Source: Cyanophora paradoxa CCMP329
Taxonomy: Eukaryota > Plantae > Glaucophyta
NCBI GenBank assembly: GCA_004431415.1
Contig: QPMI01000484.1
Coordinates: 186,001 to 250,000 of the forward strand
Reading direction: 5' to 3'
DNA: 64,000 nt
Shown here in pieces: positions 1 through 13,230 of this stretch. The notes beneath the pieces are model-generated. The model was given only the letters and a program-made list of their open reading frames with translations. It ran no database searches and was not told where the DNA came from. The translations under genes were made by a program, and so were the position numbers. Position 1 is the stretch's first letter; every line of letters begins with the position of its first letter.

Positions 1-3000
1 GCTCCAGCGGGAACCTTAAATTATAAATTAAACATATAAAATAAATAGTAAATGGAAGGATCAGAACAGATAGGAGGCTTAGGTGATTTAATATTAAAAT
101 TACCCGAGGGCGTGGTCCCAGACGAGCTGAGCCAGCGTCCCCACCGCCCGCGAGAGCCCGAAGAGGACCGTGAAGTAGTTCTGCGGAAACGGATCCGATT
201 AAATCAGTTAGGGCCTTGATCGCTTTTTAGTTAGAATAAATTAGAGCGAATAAGGAGCCTTGATGAGAAGTTAAATCAGATAGAGACTTGATTGCTTTGA
301 TTAGGACAGATTATCGATCGAGCCTTAAGCTTGATTGTATTGCCAGGCTAGATAGCTGGCAAGGTGGTGTATTAGGGGTACAGGTGGACTGACTATATGG
401 GTACAGGGCTACAGGGACTTGGGAAGGTATATGCCTACTGCAACAATTGCAAAGAAATCCAATGAAATCAGATAGCTATAGGGCCTTGATTGATTCTAAG
501 TTAGATTCAAATAGAGCGGATAAGGACCTGCTGGGTGAGGCCGTAGTGGACGAGGTTGACGCCGCCTGCGGAGGAACATCGATGTGAATTGGAAAAGCCG
601 AAGGAAGACACTTCGAAGACTCGAAGATCACTTCTAAGATTCAGCGAGCCAGTGGGTACGGTTCTGTTTAGCCTAGTAGGAGGATTCGAAGCTCGGACCC
701 GGGCCGGGGCGAAGCGCACTGTGGGCGTCGACGTTGGGCCAGGGATTCTTAGACAGTAAATCTTAAATTTAAATTAAGCGGACCGTCGGACCCCTAGGGA
801 CAGCTAGCCCCTGACCCCGAGGGATATATTTCGAGGGCGAAGCCCGAGCCCGAGCCCGAGGGACAGATAGCCCTAAAAAGTAAATAGAAGAAAATAGAGG
901 GATCAGATCAGATAGGAGGCTTAGGTGATTCAATCTTAAATTTAAATAAGCGGACCCCGATCATGATCATGAGGGACAGCTAGCTAGCCCTGGCCATATG
1001 CATGGGCTAGCCCCGAAGGCGGGGCGGGGCGGGGCGGGACGCACTGTGGGCGTCGACGTTGGGCCAGGGGTTCTTGACCTTGCCCTGCTCCATCAGCACC
1101 CGCGGCACCACCTACGCCCGCGGAGCGTGGGTCAAGAATCGAAGTAGGGCGGGGCCGGTTCGAGCACGCGCAGAGTGCGGTTAGGGGCCGGAAGTAGAGT
1201 ATACATAGGGCCGGATAGAGCACGCGCAGCACTAGCTGCAGCCTGGCAGTAACGTACCTCGTACATGGCGGAGCAGAGCTTGAAGAGGGGGTCGTGGGGG
1301 AGGTGCCTCAGGGCGAACTCCCGCAGGCACTTGTACCGCGGGTCCGTCCTGCTGACGAGATGATGTGTGAGATTTGATCAAGCTCTTTAATCATGATCAT
1401 GACATTCTGTAAGCGTTTTCAAGATTTGATCTCGAGCATCGGCTTTAATTTCCTCCATCTTAGAGGGGCGGGCGCGCCTGCGGAGGACGGCGTGGCCGTA
1501 GCCCGGGATGACGCGCCCCGCCCGCAGCTGCTCCCAGCACAGCGCCTCCAGCCGTTCCGCCGTCGGCTCCTGCAGAGATGAGTCAGAATTTAAGCTCGAG
1601 CTCCATTAAACTTTTAAAATTTAGCTTGTCGGATCAAAATAATATGTATGTGTGATCGAATCTCGCACCTGGCCGGCGAGCTGCTTTTGGACGGCGTGGA
1701 GGTGCGCGAGGACCTCCTGGTTCGCCAGCCCGTGCAGCGGGCCCGCCAGGCCGCTGCGCGCGGGGCGGGCGCGGGAGGGGCGGGCGTCAGAGCGAGACGG
1801 TGGAGGGGGGAGGGAGGGCGGGGCCGGTCGCTCTGGGATCTAGATCTAGGCTCTGGGGAGACGGGCGGGCGGGGCGGGATCCGGAGGGCGGCGCCAGCCG
1901 CTCTGAAATTGAGAGGGGCGCGCGGAGGCCTAGAATCTCCGATCTATATTTAGGCTCTGAGGAGCGGGCCGGGGGGGGCGGGGAGGGAAGCGGTAGGGCG
2001 GGGCGGGGGCGGAGGGAGGCGTCGGCCGGTGAGAGGGGCTCGCGAGATCTAGAATCTCTCGATCGAAATCCAGGCTCTAGATCCATGGCCAGGGCGGGCG
2101 CCGGGGCGGGCGGAAAATCCCCGATCTAGATCTAGATCTAGATCTAGGTCTAGGCTCTGCGGAGACGTGTGCGGGCACGGCGGGGTCGGGCGGGGCGGGG
2201 GCGGGGGCGGCGGCGGGCTCCGATCTAGATACAGGCTCCGAGGAGATATACAATTGCAAGCAGGGCGGCCGCGGGACGGGAGGGAGGGGGCGGGACAAGG
2301 AGAGGGGCATTTAGGCTTCGGGGGGCGCGCGGGGGCGGGGCGGGGCGGGGGCAGCGCGCTTCATGCCGGCGGCGACGGAGAGGAAGGGGTCCGAGAGCGC
2401 CGACCCCACCCTGCGATCCAAGGGCGTCAGAGATATCAATATATATGATATATGAAGCTTAATACGGCGGGGAAGCTTAAGTTTTATAGATTCAGGCTTG
2501 GTCTCAAGGTTTAAGTTTTATAGAGATTAAGCTTAGTTTAAGTTAAGTTTTATAGAGATTCTTGAGGAAAGCTCAAGGCGGCTGCCGCTGGGGCGCGCGG
2601 GGCCGGGGCCGGGCCGGGGGGGCCGGGGGCCTCACAGGTGGACGGTGTGGGCGGAGACGTTTCCCCCCTCGTGGTCCGCGTGGATCGTCTGCCGGCCGGC
2701 CCGTGAGGAGAGGGGGGAGGGGGGGGAGGGGAGGGGGGGGGGATGGAGGGCGAGGCGCGGGAGGGGGAGGGGCCGGGGGAGGGGGCCGGGGGCGCCGGGG
2801 TACGCACGAGGTATAGGCGCATGAGGTCGCGGAACTCGGCGGACTCGAACCCGAGCATGTGCGCGAAGTTGGCCGCCCAGTCCAGCTTCGGGTCGAGGGG
2901 TACGAGGCTCCCGCCGTGGTACTGGTTCCTGAAGATGTGCGCCGCGACCTGTGCCGGTTCCGTTTACTTTGGGAGGGGTACTCGGTGCGAGGGGGGTACG

Positions 3001-4523
3001 CGAACGCGCCTGGGGCATCTGGGCGAGTATGGTCATGGCGTCCTCGTACGTCGCATCCCAGTACTCCCCCTTCTTCATCCCCTCCTGCGACCCGCAAGTT
3101 AGGGGGGTACAGCGTCAAAGGGATCGGAGCTAATTATAGCGGCGCACGGAGTAGCGGCGGGCGAAGGCGGAGTGCGGCTGGAGAGCCAGCAGCCCCATCG
3201 AGAGCTGCGTCATGGGGTGCATCGTTTTCGGCAGCCCCGCCAGCAGCTCCGGTACCCCCTCCGGCAGCCTCGACCGCGCGTGCCACTCCGCGGCCACCTG
3301 ATCATGAAGCCTACAGTAAGCGAGCCGCTGTGCACGTGTACATGTCCGGGGGGTACGCGATATCGATTACCTCGGCGGCCTGATCGGGGGTGGGGACCTC
3401 GCCGGTGAGGAGGAGCCACCAGAGGGCCTCGGGGAGCGGCTCGGATCCGCCCGGGGCCTTCGGCAGCGCCGCCTGGACCTCGGGGATCGTCTTCCCCCGG
3501 AAACGGATGCCCTGCGCGCGTACAGGCGCGGAATTTGGATTTCAATTATTTTTCGAAGCTAAGGGTTAGATTAAAGCTTCGGGCGGGCAGAGCGAGGCTT
3601 TAATTTCCTTTGCGCCCTAGATCTAGAGCGCGCCTGCAGCTGGACCCCAGGCTGAGAGCGTCCTGTAATTTGCGCTCTATAGCCAAAAGCTAGCTTTATA
3701 TAATATATATACAGCCTCGAGCTGAGGTCGAGCCCAGGCGCCAGCTTAGAATTAAGCTCGGGGGCACCTCCTCGGGGTCGAGGAGCGACGTCTCCCACAC
3801 CATCGTCTGCGCTCGAGATCGAGATCGGGGGCGCACGCCGATCGCGAGCAGGGCGAATCAAATCAGATTTGGGATCTGGATCCGGATCGCGCGCACCTTG
3901 ATGCTGCGCGAGCCGCCGTAGATCTGAGGCCCCCCCGATCAGATCTGATCTGAGCCGCCGGAATCTAAATCCCCACACGTCTAGCGCAGTTCTTGCTGAA
4001 GTGATCATGATCATGATCATGACCGCGCATGCTCGGACGTCGACGGGAATCACCTGCTCGATGGTGACCGTGTCGATCTTCTCCGCGCCGTACCGCTTCT
4101 GAATTTCTTTCACCTCCGCGACCTGCACGCGTACGTTCGTACGCGTGCGCGGCCGCCGTTCAGATCAGAAAATCGGATGATCCGATCGGCGAACGAGGGC
4201 GTGGGCCGGGACCTTTGCAGGGATGATCTGCTGAAGGCGGGTTTTGAGGGCCGACGTCGGCGGGCGCGCCGCGCCGCTCGAAGAGAGGCCCCTCGAACTC
4301 CTCGAGATCGAGCGCCGGGCGACGCTGAACGCCGCCATGGACGCGAGCCGCTGCAGCGTACGTATTATACGGAATCAGTACGTGCGATCGATCTGAGAAC
4401 AGGCGCGGATCTTGAGGGGACCGACGGCGCGCGCGCGAACGCGAACAAGGGCACCTGCACATGCGTGTTTGCTGCTCCGACGCCAGAGAGGAGCTGCCGC
4501 GCGACGGTGAGCGACGTCGACAT
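1..4523 (-). CDS. CS: Mitochondrial-type citrate synthase, multi-exon, 3' end runs off the window start
   Basis: Spliced exons give [147 protein letters not shown] and [13 protein letters not shown]. The Arg/Ser-rich presequence starts at ATG 4523 or at in-frame ATG 4338. Confidence 0.96.
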
Positions 4524-5174
4524 CCTCGGCGCCGAGAGTGAGTGCGCCGATCGGCGCCGAGCTTGGCCGCGCGCCCCTGACGAATTCGAATGGGCGGAAG
4601 ACGACGAGACGCGCCGCCCCTTCTCGTTTTTGGGGAGGGGGGAGGGGGGGGGGAGGGGGGAGGGGGGATGTGGGAGGGGAGGAGTGGGACTTGGCCGCGT
4701 GCGAGAGCCTCGGAGACACAATCGATCCGCAGCATGCACTCAGAATTCGAATAACACCACTTCTACACCATAAGACAGATAGGGACACGTAGATACATAA
4801 GCTACAGTAATTACATAAGAGCCATAATACAATTGGCTCGACACACCCAGCCCGGCGGTCCGAATAGATACGTATACTATGATAAGAGAAGAATAGAACC
4901 AGGAATGCAATGTCATTATGGAAGGGAAGACTAGTGTACTATACCCGACGCTACGGGGAAGTGCGTTGACGTCACAAAACTGTGGGCTTGTACTTCAACT
5001 TGGCAAAGCAGGGGAATTCGAAGTGTAAGCGGAAAGGGATGGGCGGAGCTAGATTACAAATTATTGAATGAAAAACTGACTTTAATACTATGATATCAGA
5101 GTGTGGTCGAGTACGAATGAGGAAAGGAAGAAAGAGGGAGATCGATCCGAGTGATCCACACGGCAGCTCCGCGG

Positions 5175-8100
5175 CTAGACGAGCGCCACCATGGACTGGT
5201 GCACTTCCCGCCAGCGCTCTATGTTGGACCGGATGGATGCCACGAGGGGCGAGCCGACCTCGGGCACCAGCTCCGCGACCGCCTCGTAGAGGGGTAGGAT
5301 CACGCCGGAGAGGAAGAAGACCTGGAGGAAAAAACAAAATTAGAGGAGGAACAGGGGGGGGGGGGGGGGGAAAGAAGCGAGTACCTGGCGGCCCGAGGAG
5401 CCCATGTCGGGCTCGTTCGTGGGAGACATCCCGGGCGAGACCTCGAGCCCCAGCTCCTGCTCCAGGGCGCCCTGAGCAAAGAACTCCTGCTGGATCGCCG
5501 ACGACCAGTGCTGGCTGTTCTCGAAGGTGCGCGCCCCGTTCGCCAGGTCCGCGCACTTCATAAGCATCGCCGCGAAGAGCGTCTGAAGCGAACGAAAGTG
5601 AGCGGCGCGCGCTCATTTTCCGGAAGCAAAAACTGCGCACCCGATCGTCCAGATGCGCGAGGCGCGCGCCGGGGGCGCCCAGCGCGACGCTCCGGGCCGG
5701 CTCGTCGTCCAAGAACCGCGCCTTGAACGCCGCCATGTAGTCCCCGTGCAGCATCATGTCCGTCGCTGAGATGGATAGATTAGATTAGATTAGACTAGAT
5801 GATTCTCTTATAAGATTTTCGGATTTGATCACCCATGATGACGTCGACCGCGAGCTGCGAGAAGCGTTGCCGCTCCTCCGGACTTAGCCCAACGAGGATG
5901 TCGACGTCCTCTCTCTGCAGGAGCGAGAGAAAGCGGCTCGCGTGGTGCCGCTCCAGCGGGCTGCTGTTGCAGTAGAGGACCGCCATGGGCGCCTTGGACT
6001 TGATGAGGAAGAGGTTCGTGAGGCCGGGGTGGTCGAGGTCTGCTCGGATCGGATCAGATGGCTCAGATCAGATGGCTCAGATCAGATCAGGTTGGATCTG
6101 AGCGGACCGTGGCAGAGGGCGGCGACGAGGATGGCGTACATGTCGATATGGTCGAGGGGGGGTACGCGCCGGAACCCGCCGGCGCGGGGGGGCGGGGCGG
6201 CGGGGGAGAGGGCGAGTTCGTCTTGGGGGGGCTGGGGCGTGGCGGAGCGGAGGGAGAGGAGCTGCGGCGGAGGAAACCCGTCAGATTGAATGATATAATA
6301 TAAGATTCTTAGATGCGTAAGCTAGATTGGTTAGCTTTTTTATATAAGAAATCGGACCTGGAAGAAAACCATTTGGCAGACGTCCAAAGCGTGCGCGGCG
6401 TTGTGGAAGGGAGAGGAGGGGCGGTACGAGGCGAGGGCCTCCCGCACGAACGCCGAGAGCTCCGCTGCGCCGGGCCGGCAGGCCTCCAGCAGGCCCATGC
6501 GCGCCAGCATGCGCTGGACGAGGAGGGGGTACGCCGCGTGCGGGACGTGGGCGACCGAGAACTCGTGGGACTCGAGGGGCGGGCCACCCTTGAAGGATAT
6601 GGAGGCGAGGGAGCGGGAGCGGGGCGGGCGGGAGAGGGCGACGCCGCCGCCGCCGCCGCCGCCGCCCGAGGGCGAGTTTGGGAGTATGGCGCCGCCGCCG
6701 CCGCCGCCGCCGGATTCCCTTAACGAATCGACGAGGGCGGAGAGGCCGGAGGGTGCTAGGCGGCTGGTGCCGGCGGCGGCGCCACCGACGGACGGCGACA
6801 TCATCGGGACGGGCGACTGGATCGGCGCGGGCGAGACGGCCCCGCCGCCGCCGAGGTCGATGGTCGCCTCGGAGACCGTTCGCCTGGTGCCTCTGCTGCT
6901 CGCCGCCTCCTCTTCCGCCTCTGCCTTCTCCAGCGCCTCGACGGCCTGCCGCTCCTCCTCGTCCATCTCGGGAGAGACTTCGTCCGGGTCCATCAGGAAG
7001 TACCTGGGCCGGGCTAAGCGGACAGACAGATGGAAAGTGGATAGGAGACTATGGGCAGAAATGAGCCGAGAGAAGAAGAACATAGATGGAAGCTAGATAG
7101 AATGACGTGCTGATAGGTAGATAGAAGCGGATAGAAGACTAAGCTAGGAAGAATGTAGAATTTAAGATGTTTTAGACAGGGAGCGCACGTGTGCATGTGG
7201 CCCTTGCCCTTGATGAAAACCTCGCCTCGGTCCTCGAAGCGGAACTGAGACTTGGCGCCCTCGTGCTTCGCCAGCTCCTCGTAGACGGCGCGGGAGACCT
7301 GCGGGCGGGCGGGTGGACGGGATGGATCGGATCAAATTTCGATGTTTCGATGTTTCGATGCGAGAGCTTAGATTAGATCTGCTGCGTCGAGGCGTCCGTT
7401 GCGGACCTGCGTGCGGCCGGGCAGCCCGCTGCTCTCCATGCGCGACGCGATGTTCACCGTGTCGCCCCTGCGCCGAAAACGTTAACATCATTCGATCGGA
7501 TCGAATCCGAGAACATCAGATCCGCTATCCGTTCCGGCGCACCAGAGGTCGTAGAGGTACTTTTTCTTTCCGATGACGCCGGCGATAACCGTGCCGACGT
7601 GGATGCCGATTCGGATGCGGAAGGGGCGCCCGTCGAACGCGCGGTACGCGTCTATCGCCTCGTGCATCTCTAATGCCATCTTCGCCATCCTCACCTGGCG
7701 CGAGACGCGAGTTCGATTCCGCACAGCGCCGTTTCTTTTTTTGGGGGGGGGGGGAAAGGGGGGTACCAGGTGCGGCTCGTCCGAGTCGCAGGCATCGACG
7801 GGTACGCCGCCCGCGCACATGAAGGCGTCGCCCAGCGTCTTGATCTTCTCGAGCTTGTACTTTTCCGCCAACGAATCGAACTCGGAGAAGATGTCTGTAC
7901 CCCGGGACCGAGTCAGAAAGGCCGGAGGAGCGACGGGACGGGCCGGGCCGGGCCGGCGGCGTCGGATCGCACCGTTCAGAAGGGCGACGAGGTGGGCAGC
8001 GTCCATAGAGCCGGCCAAAGGCGTGAAGTTCACGATGTCCGCGAACATCACCGAGACGTTCTGCGCTCAGGCGGCTCAGACAGATAGATTGGGCGGCTCA

Positions 8101-9078
8101 GATCGCTCGAACTCGCTCGCCTCGATGCGGTCGGCGATGGCCCGCCGCAGGACGGATCCGCGGCGCGTGGCCCCGCCGCCCTGCCGTTCGATCAGATGAA
8201 CCGGATCAAATTTCAAAACTTCGGATCAAATCTTCGGGTGGGCGGACCGGCATGGCGCCCGGGAGGGGCAGCGGGGCGGCCCGGCGAACGGTCACGTTGG
8301 GCAGGGGCGCCCCCTCGAAGTTGTTCTGCTTCAGGCGCCTGCGGGGGCGAGGAGCAGCGGCGCGCGTCAGACGAAGCCGAAGGGCGCCTGGAGGAGCGGA
8401 GAAGAGCGCTTAGAAGAAGATCCTAGAGGAAGACAACAAGGATCCTAGAAGAAGACAACAAGGATCCTAGAGGAAGACAACAAGGATCCTAGAAGAAGAC
8501 AACAAGGATCCTAGAAGAAGACAACAAGGATCCTAGAAGAAGGAAGATTCAAGCATCTCTCGGAGGAAAGAGCGGGCGGGCGGGCGGGCCGGGCGCACTC
8601 TGCGATGCCGACGGGGAGCATGTTGCGCAGCAGCGCCTCCGTCCGCTGCCGCTCGTACTCCAGCGCGCCCTCCATCGCCTTGCGGCTCGTGATGTCCCGG
8701 ATCCTGCCAACGAAGGAGGCTAGGCTCAGGGGCGGAGGGGCGAAGACCGGGGCGAGGCGGGGCGGGGCCGGGCGGGGCGGGGCGAGGCGGGGGCGGGGGT
8801 GCGGGCGGGGCCCGGCGGGGCGGTATTCTCTAGCTTGGCTGTGATAGCCAGATCGAATACGGCTTAGTTTAACTAGGCTGCGATCTTAAGAAGCTTAGCT
8901 GTGATCTTAAAAAGCTTCCGACGAGTCCGGTGCCGTTTAAGGATCGACGAAAGCTCATTAGAAGCAGATAGATAGATAGATAGATAGATATTGGTGGATT
9001 AAATCTCTTAGAAGCTCCTTAAGAAGAAGCTCGGAAACGACTCCTAGAAGGGCGCACATTCCGACGAAGAAGACCTCG

Positions 9079-9110
<32 letters not shown>

Positions 9111-10349
9111 AGACTCCTAAGTTAAAAGGGCGCACATGCCGACGAAGAAGACCTCGCCGTTGATGCGCATCTCGGAGATGGAGAGCTCGACGGGGAACTC
9201 CTCCCCGCTCTTGCGGCGCCCCACCTCCTCCCGCAGCGTCCCCAGCAGCCGCGCCTGCGCGAGGAGAGCGGGTCGTGAGGCGCGGGCGGTCTTAGCTCAC
9301 GCACGGCCTAGACCCCCCATCTCTTAGCGAGAGCGCGGGCGCTCTTGGCTCCGCTCTCGTCTGCTCCGGTCCCTCGCTGGACCCCCCTCCCCCCGCCCCG
9401 CCACCGCTTCGTTCGCACCTGGCCGGTGTGGAGGTAGCGCCGGACGATGGAGTCGTGCTGCGACGCGATCGCGGGCGGCATGATCGCCTGCGCGGCCGGG
9501 CGCAGCGGCGTCAGCGCGACCGAAGGCAAAGGCGAAGCTAAATAGATAGATAGAAGCTTTCATGGATCGACTTGGAAAGCTTAGAAGCTTAGAAGAAGCT
9601 TAAGGCGGCGTCAGCTAAGCTGAGAAGACGGAGGCGAAGGAGAAGGAGAAGCACGGCGGGACGAGGCTAAAGAGCTGGCCGGCTAGATCACGCTATCAGC
9701 GGAACTCATAGACTAGCTAGCATTAGCTAGCGGCGCGAGCGCGCGCGGCAGCGTCGGCGAAGCGCGAGGGCGAGAGGCGGGACGAGGCGGAGGGAACCCC
9801 CGCTCCCTAGCTAGCTAGCTAGCTGGCTAGCTGGCTAGCTGGCTAGCTGGCTAGGCCCCTCGCTAGAATCTAGACCCGGCCCCGGGCGAGCTAGCTCTAG
9901 CTAGCTAGGATCGAATCGAATCGGAGGGGCGGGGGCGGGGCCTAGCTAACAGGCCAGCAAGTCTAGCGAGCCAACTAGCTTTGGCTCGCTTGGATCGAAT
10001 CGAATCGGATCGGATCGGAGGGGCGGGGGCGGGGGCGGGGCGGACGGAGATGTTCTCACCGAGGAGGTCCTCTAGGATGCTGGAATCTAGACCCGGCCCT
10101 GAATCTAGAATCTATCTATCTAGACCCCGCCAGACCCCACCAGACCCCACAGGACGGGCGCACGGAGATGTTCTCGCCGAGGAGGTCCTCGGGGGAGTAC
10201 CCGAACATCGTCTCCGCCATCTTGTTCATCGACCGCACCACGCACTGCCGGGGGGGGAGGGGGGGGGGGGGGGGTTCAGAGGAGCCGGGCGGCGGGGCGC
10301 GCTGGAATGGGCGCCCGGGAGCGGCGCCCGATAGTTCTAGCATCCTGTC

Positions 10350-10422
<73 letters not shown>

Positions 10423-13230
10423 CTCCCTCTTCCGCCCATTCCGCTCGCCCCGCGCGGGTCGCCCCGGGCCCACCCGGGCCCACCCCGCCAGCCCCGCGCC
10501 CCCCTCCCTGCCCACCCCGCGGGGAGCCTCAGCGGACCTGGGCGTTGATGAGGAAGATGCCGTCGGCGGCCGCGTCCATGATCCGCCGCGTCCGGTACGC
10601 CTCCGTCGCCACCTCCTGCTGCGCGAACTCCTGCGCCGAAAGAAGAAATCCAAGGGGGATCAGATTAGATTAGATCAGATCAGAGAGAGCAGACAAGATA
10701 AGGGTGGACGGAGCAGGATGGTGGGATAAGTGACTTGGAGGAGGGCGAATAGAGGAGCAGGATGGAGGGATGGGGCTACGAGGGCGATCGATGGGGCTAT
10801 TCAAGTGGATTGGGGCGCTCAAAATGGCTTTATGTAAGATCAAATAATCGGATCGGCCTAGATTGGATCCCAGCGGAGCGGCTCGCCTGCTCCTGGTAGA
10901 CGTGCTTGACGCGCTCCGCCATGCGCCCGAAGGCCCGCGCCAGCTTCCCCACCTCGTCCCGGCCCTGAAGAAGACGGGGGCAGGCGCGTTCAGGAGAGCC
11001 TCAGGGCGGGGGTCGGGCGAGGCTCGCCTGGTTGCGCAGCTTCCCGAGGTCCTCGACGGCGCCGGAGCGGAGGAAGCCCTCGATCGACTTCTGGAGCTCG
11101 CGGATCGGCGCCGCGATGTGCCGCGCCAGCAGCGCGGCGAGTAGGAGGGCGACGACGAGCGTTCCCCCGGCCGCCAGGAGCGTCGTCACGAGGGCGTCCC
11201 GCAGGAGAACGTTCGCCTGGGACTCGGGCTTGCCGCGGACGAACAGTCCCACCTTCGCGCCGCCCGGGCCGACGATGGGCTCGGTGGACCAGGTCATTAC
11301 GGTACCCCGCAGGTCGAAGCGGGCCCGCCGGTGGTGCGCGTCCTGCTGCGCGGCGCGGAGGAGATCCATGCCGGCGGGCGCCTCCCCGATCGAGACGCCC
11401 ACGAGGGGCGGACCTGCGCGCGCGCGCGGGCCGTCCGTCGGTCGGCCGAAGGACGAAGCGAGAACTCGGAACGGCCGCGGCGAGGCGAGGCGGGGCGAAC
11501 CTTCGCCTACGCGGAGGGAGGACCCCGAGAGGGTAAAGCTGCCGTCCAGGCCCGCGACGTACAGGCCCGTGTACCCCTCCTTCAGGTACGAGATGAACTC
11601 CGTGATGGATTCCTCGGCCCCTAGGGCCGCCTTCGCCGCCACGAGGGCGGCGGCGGCCACTGCTCCGCCGCCGGGAAGGAAGACGGGTACGGCGACGAGC
11701 TGGAGGAGTACCCGGGACTGCTGGGCGGCGCCGGAGGCGAGGCCCCCGCCGCCCTCCCGCAGGGCATCCTCAGATGACACGGTCGCGCTCGCCGACACAA
11801 CCTTTCCCGAATCCATCGCGCGGCTCGCGACGGATCCGGGGTCGAATCCGGCCTCGCCCGTCCGGTCCGAGTTGCATCCCGCCGCGATCCGGAGCCCCTC
11901 CCGTAGCACGAGCTGCGCGTACGTGTGCTTCAGCTGAGAACGGGGGGCGAGGTCTGGAGGGGTACACGCGCACCGTGCCGTAGGCGAGGTGGAGGCGTGC
12001 GCATTCTTCCCGAAGGAACGCGGCGGCGGCGGCGCGCGCCGAGGCGGCCGCGGGCGACTCGGACAGTCCCGCGGAGACGGCCGACAGGACCGCTTCCCGA
12101 GTGGCCTGCCCGCCCATCGACGCGGCCGCCGGCTCTCTGCGCTCGGGCCAGTGAGTGGGCGGGTGGGCGGAAATGAGATATGGGGAGGGGTAGAGGCGCA
12201 CAGCTCCTTGTCGAAAATTAACCTCTGCTCGCGGGGCGGGGCGGGGCGGGCGGGTCAGACGGAAAGAGGCGCGGGTAGAGGGGGGGAGGGAGGAAGACGG
12301 GTACCATCACGTTCGCCCTGCGCGGCGGGGTGCCGCGTTCAGACCGGCGCGGGCGGGAAGGGGCAGGGGGCCCGAGGGGGAATGCGGCACGCACTCGCTG
12401 TCGGCGTCGATTTCGAGCTCCCGCCTGTTGTTCGTTACGAGGAGCCCGATGTGGATGCCGATGAGCGTGCCCGCCATGAGAAGCATCAGCAGCGCCGCCG
12501 CAAAGAGTTGCTTCGTGCGGATCTGTCCCCGCGCGCGCCCGTCAGACACATCTGAGCTCAGCTGCACAGCGCGGGCGGGGGCCGGTCCGCGCACGTTTAC
12601 GTTCTTCCACCAGCCCCAGCACCAGTGGAGTCGCCGCGCGAGACGGCGGCGGCGCGAGCTCTTCTCAGACGCCCGCGCCGACTCCAGCGACGCGCTGCTT
12701 GCCGGCCGCGATGTCTGGGGGCCGGCGCCGCCGCCGCCGTCGCCGCCGCCGCCGCCGCCGAAAGAGTTGGCGTGGCCGCCGGGGAGGCTGTCCCACGACA
12801 AAGGGTGCTGCTGGAAATGAAGCCCTGGCAGCCTGTTCAGCGGCATCATGGCGACCGAGGCCCTGGGTCCCTCCAGCTTGTCCGGCGATATCCTGTTGTT
12901 TCGGAAGCTCTCTGGCCGCGCCGACGCTGGTGCTGCGACGGGCCGCGCGTGCGCGCTGGTCCCGTCGCTGTGCTGCTCATGGTCGCTGGCCCCGGCGCTG
13001 TTCGAGGCCTGCTCCTCCGGCGCTCGGTGCAGGTCTATGATGCGCAGCGAAGGCGGCTCCATGATGCCACCGATGCCGCCCGGCGTGAGCCCCGCCAGTG
13101 AAGTGGTCGGCGGGTCCCGGTCCGGCGGGGGGACTGCGGCTGGCGGCTCGCCAGTCGCCGGGAACACCCGCGTGTCCGGGCGCAGCGGCCCCAGAAACTG
13201 GACAGCGGCCCCGGCCCCGCTGCTCCCCAT
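5175..13230 (-). CDS. Multi-exon membrane receptor: TM-Cache-like-TM-HAMP-PAS(FixL-like)-class III adenylyl cyclase-class I phosphodiesterase
   Basis: TM1 LFAAALLMLLMAGTLIGIHIGLL. Cache-like EPIVGPGGAKVGLFVRG. TM2/HAMP LLARHIAAPIRELQ...RDEVGKLARAFGRM. PAS DAAADGIFLINA...NKMAETMFGYSPEDLLGENIS..MPPAIASQHD...IRDIT. Cyclase MFADIVNFT, EKIKTLGDAFM, YLYDLWGDTVNIASRMES. PDE FHNAAHALDV, ALCHDLDHPGLTN, LERHH, TDM, KCADLAN, EFFAQG. Stop TAG at 5175-5177. Confidence 0.92.
8419..8541. repeat. Intronic 22-bp tandem repeat (gatcctagaRgaagacaacaag, 5 copies plus a partial)
   Basis: Units read directly at 8419, 8441, 8463, 8485, 8507, with a partial at 8529. Confidence 0.95.
10353..10419. repeat. Intronic poly-C/poly-G homopolymer (~67 nt)
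   Basis: Uninterrupted C run inside an intron of the PAS-encoding region. Confidence 0.9.

Noticed and set aside
8419-8541. 22-bp repeat as CRISPR or coding repeat
   Set aside because: Head-to-tail with no spacers, and lies inside an intron.
10276-10729. Poly-Pro/poly-Gly (formin- or extensin-like) proteins
   Set aside because: Translation of an intronic C homopolymer.
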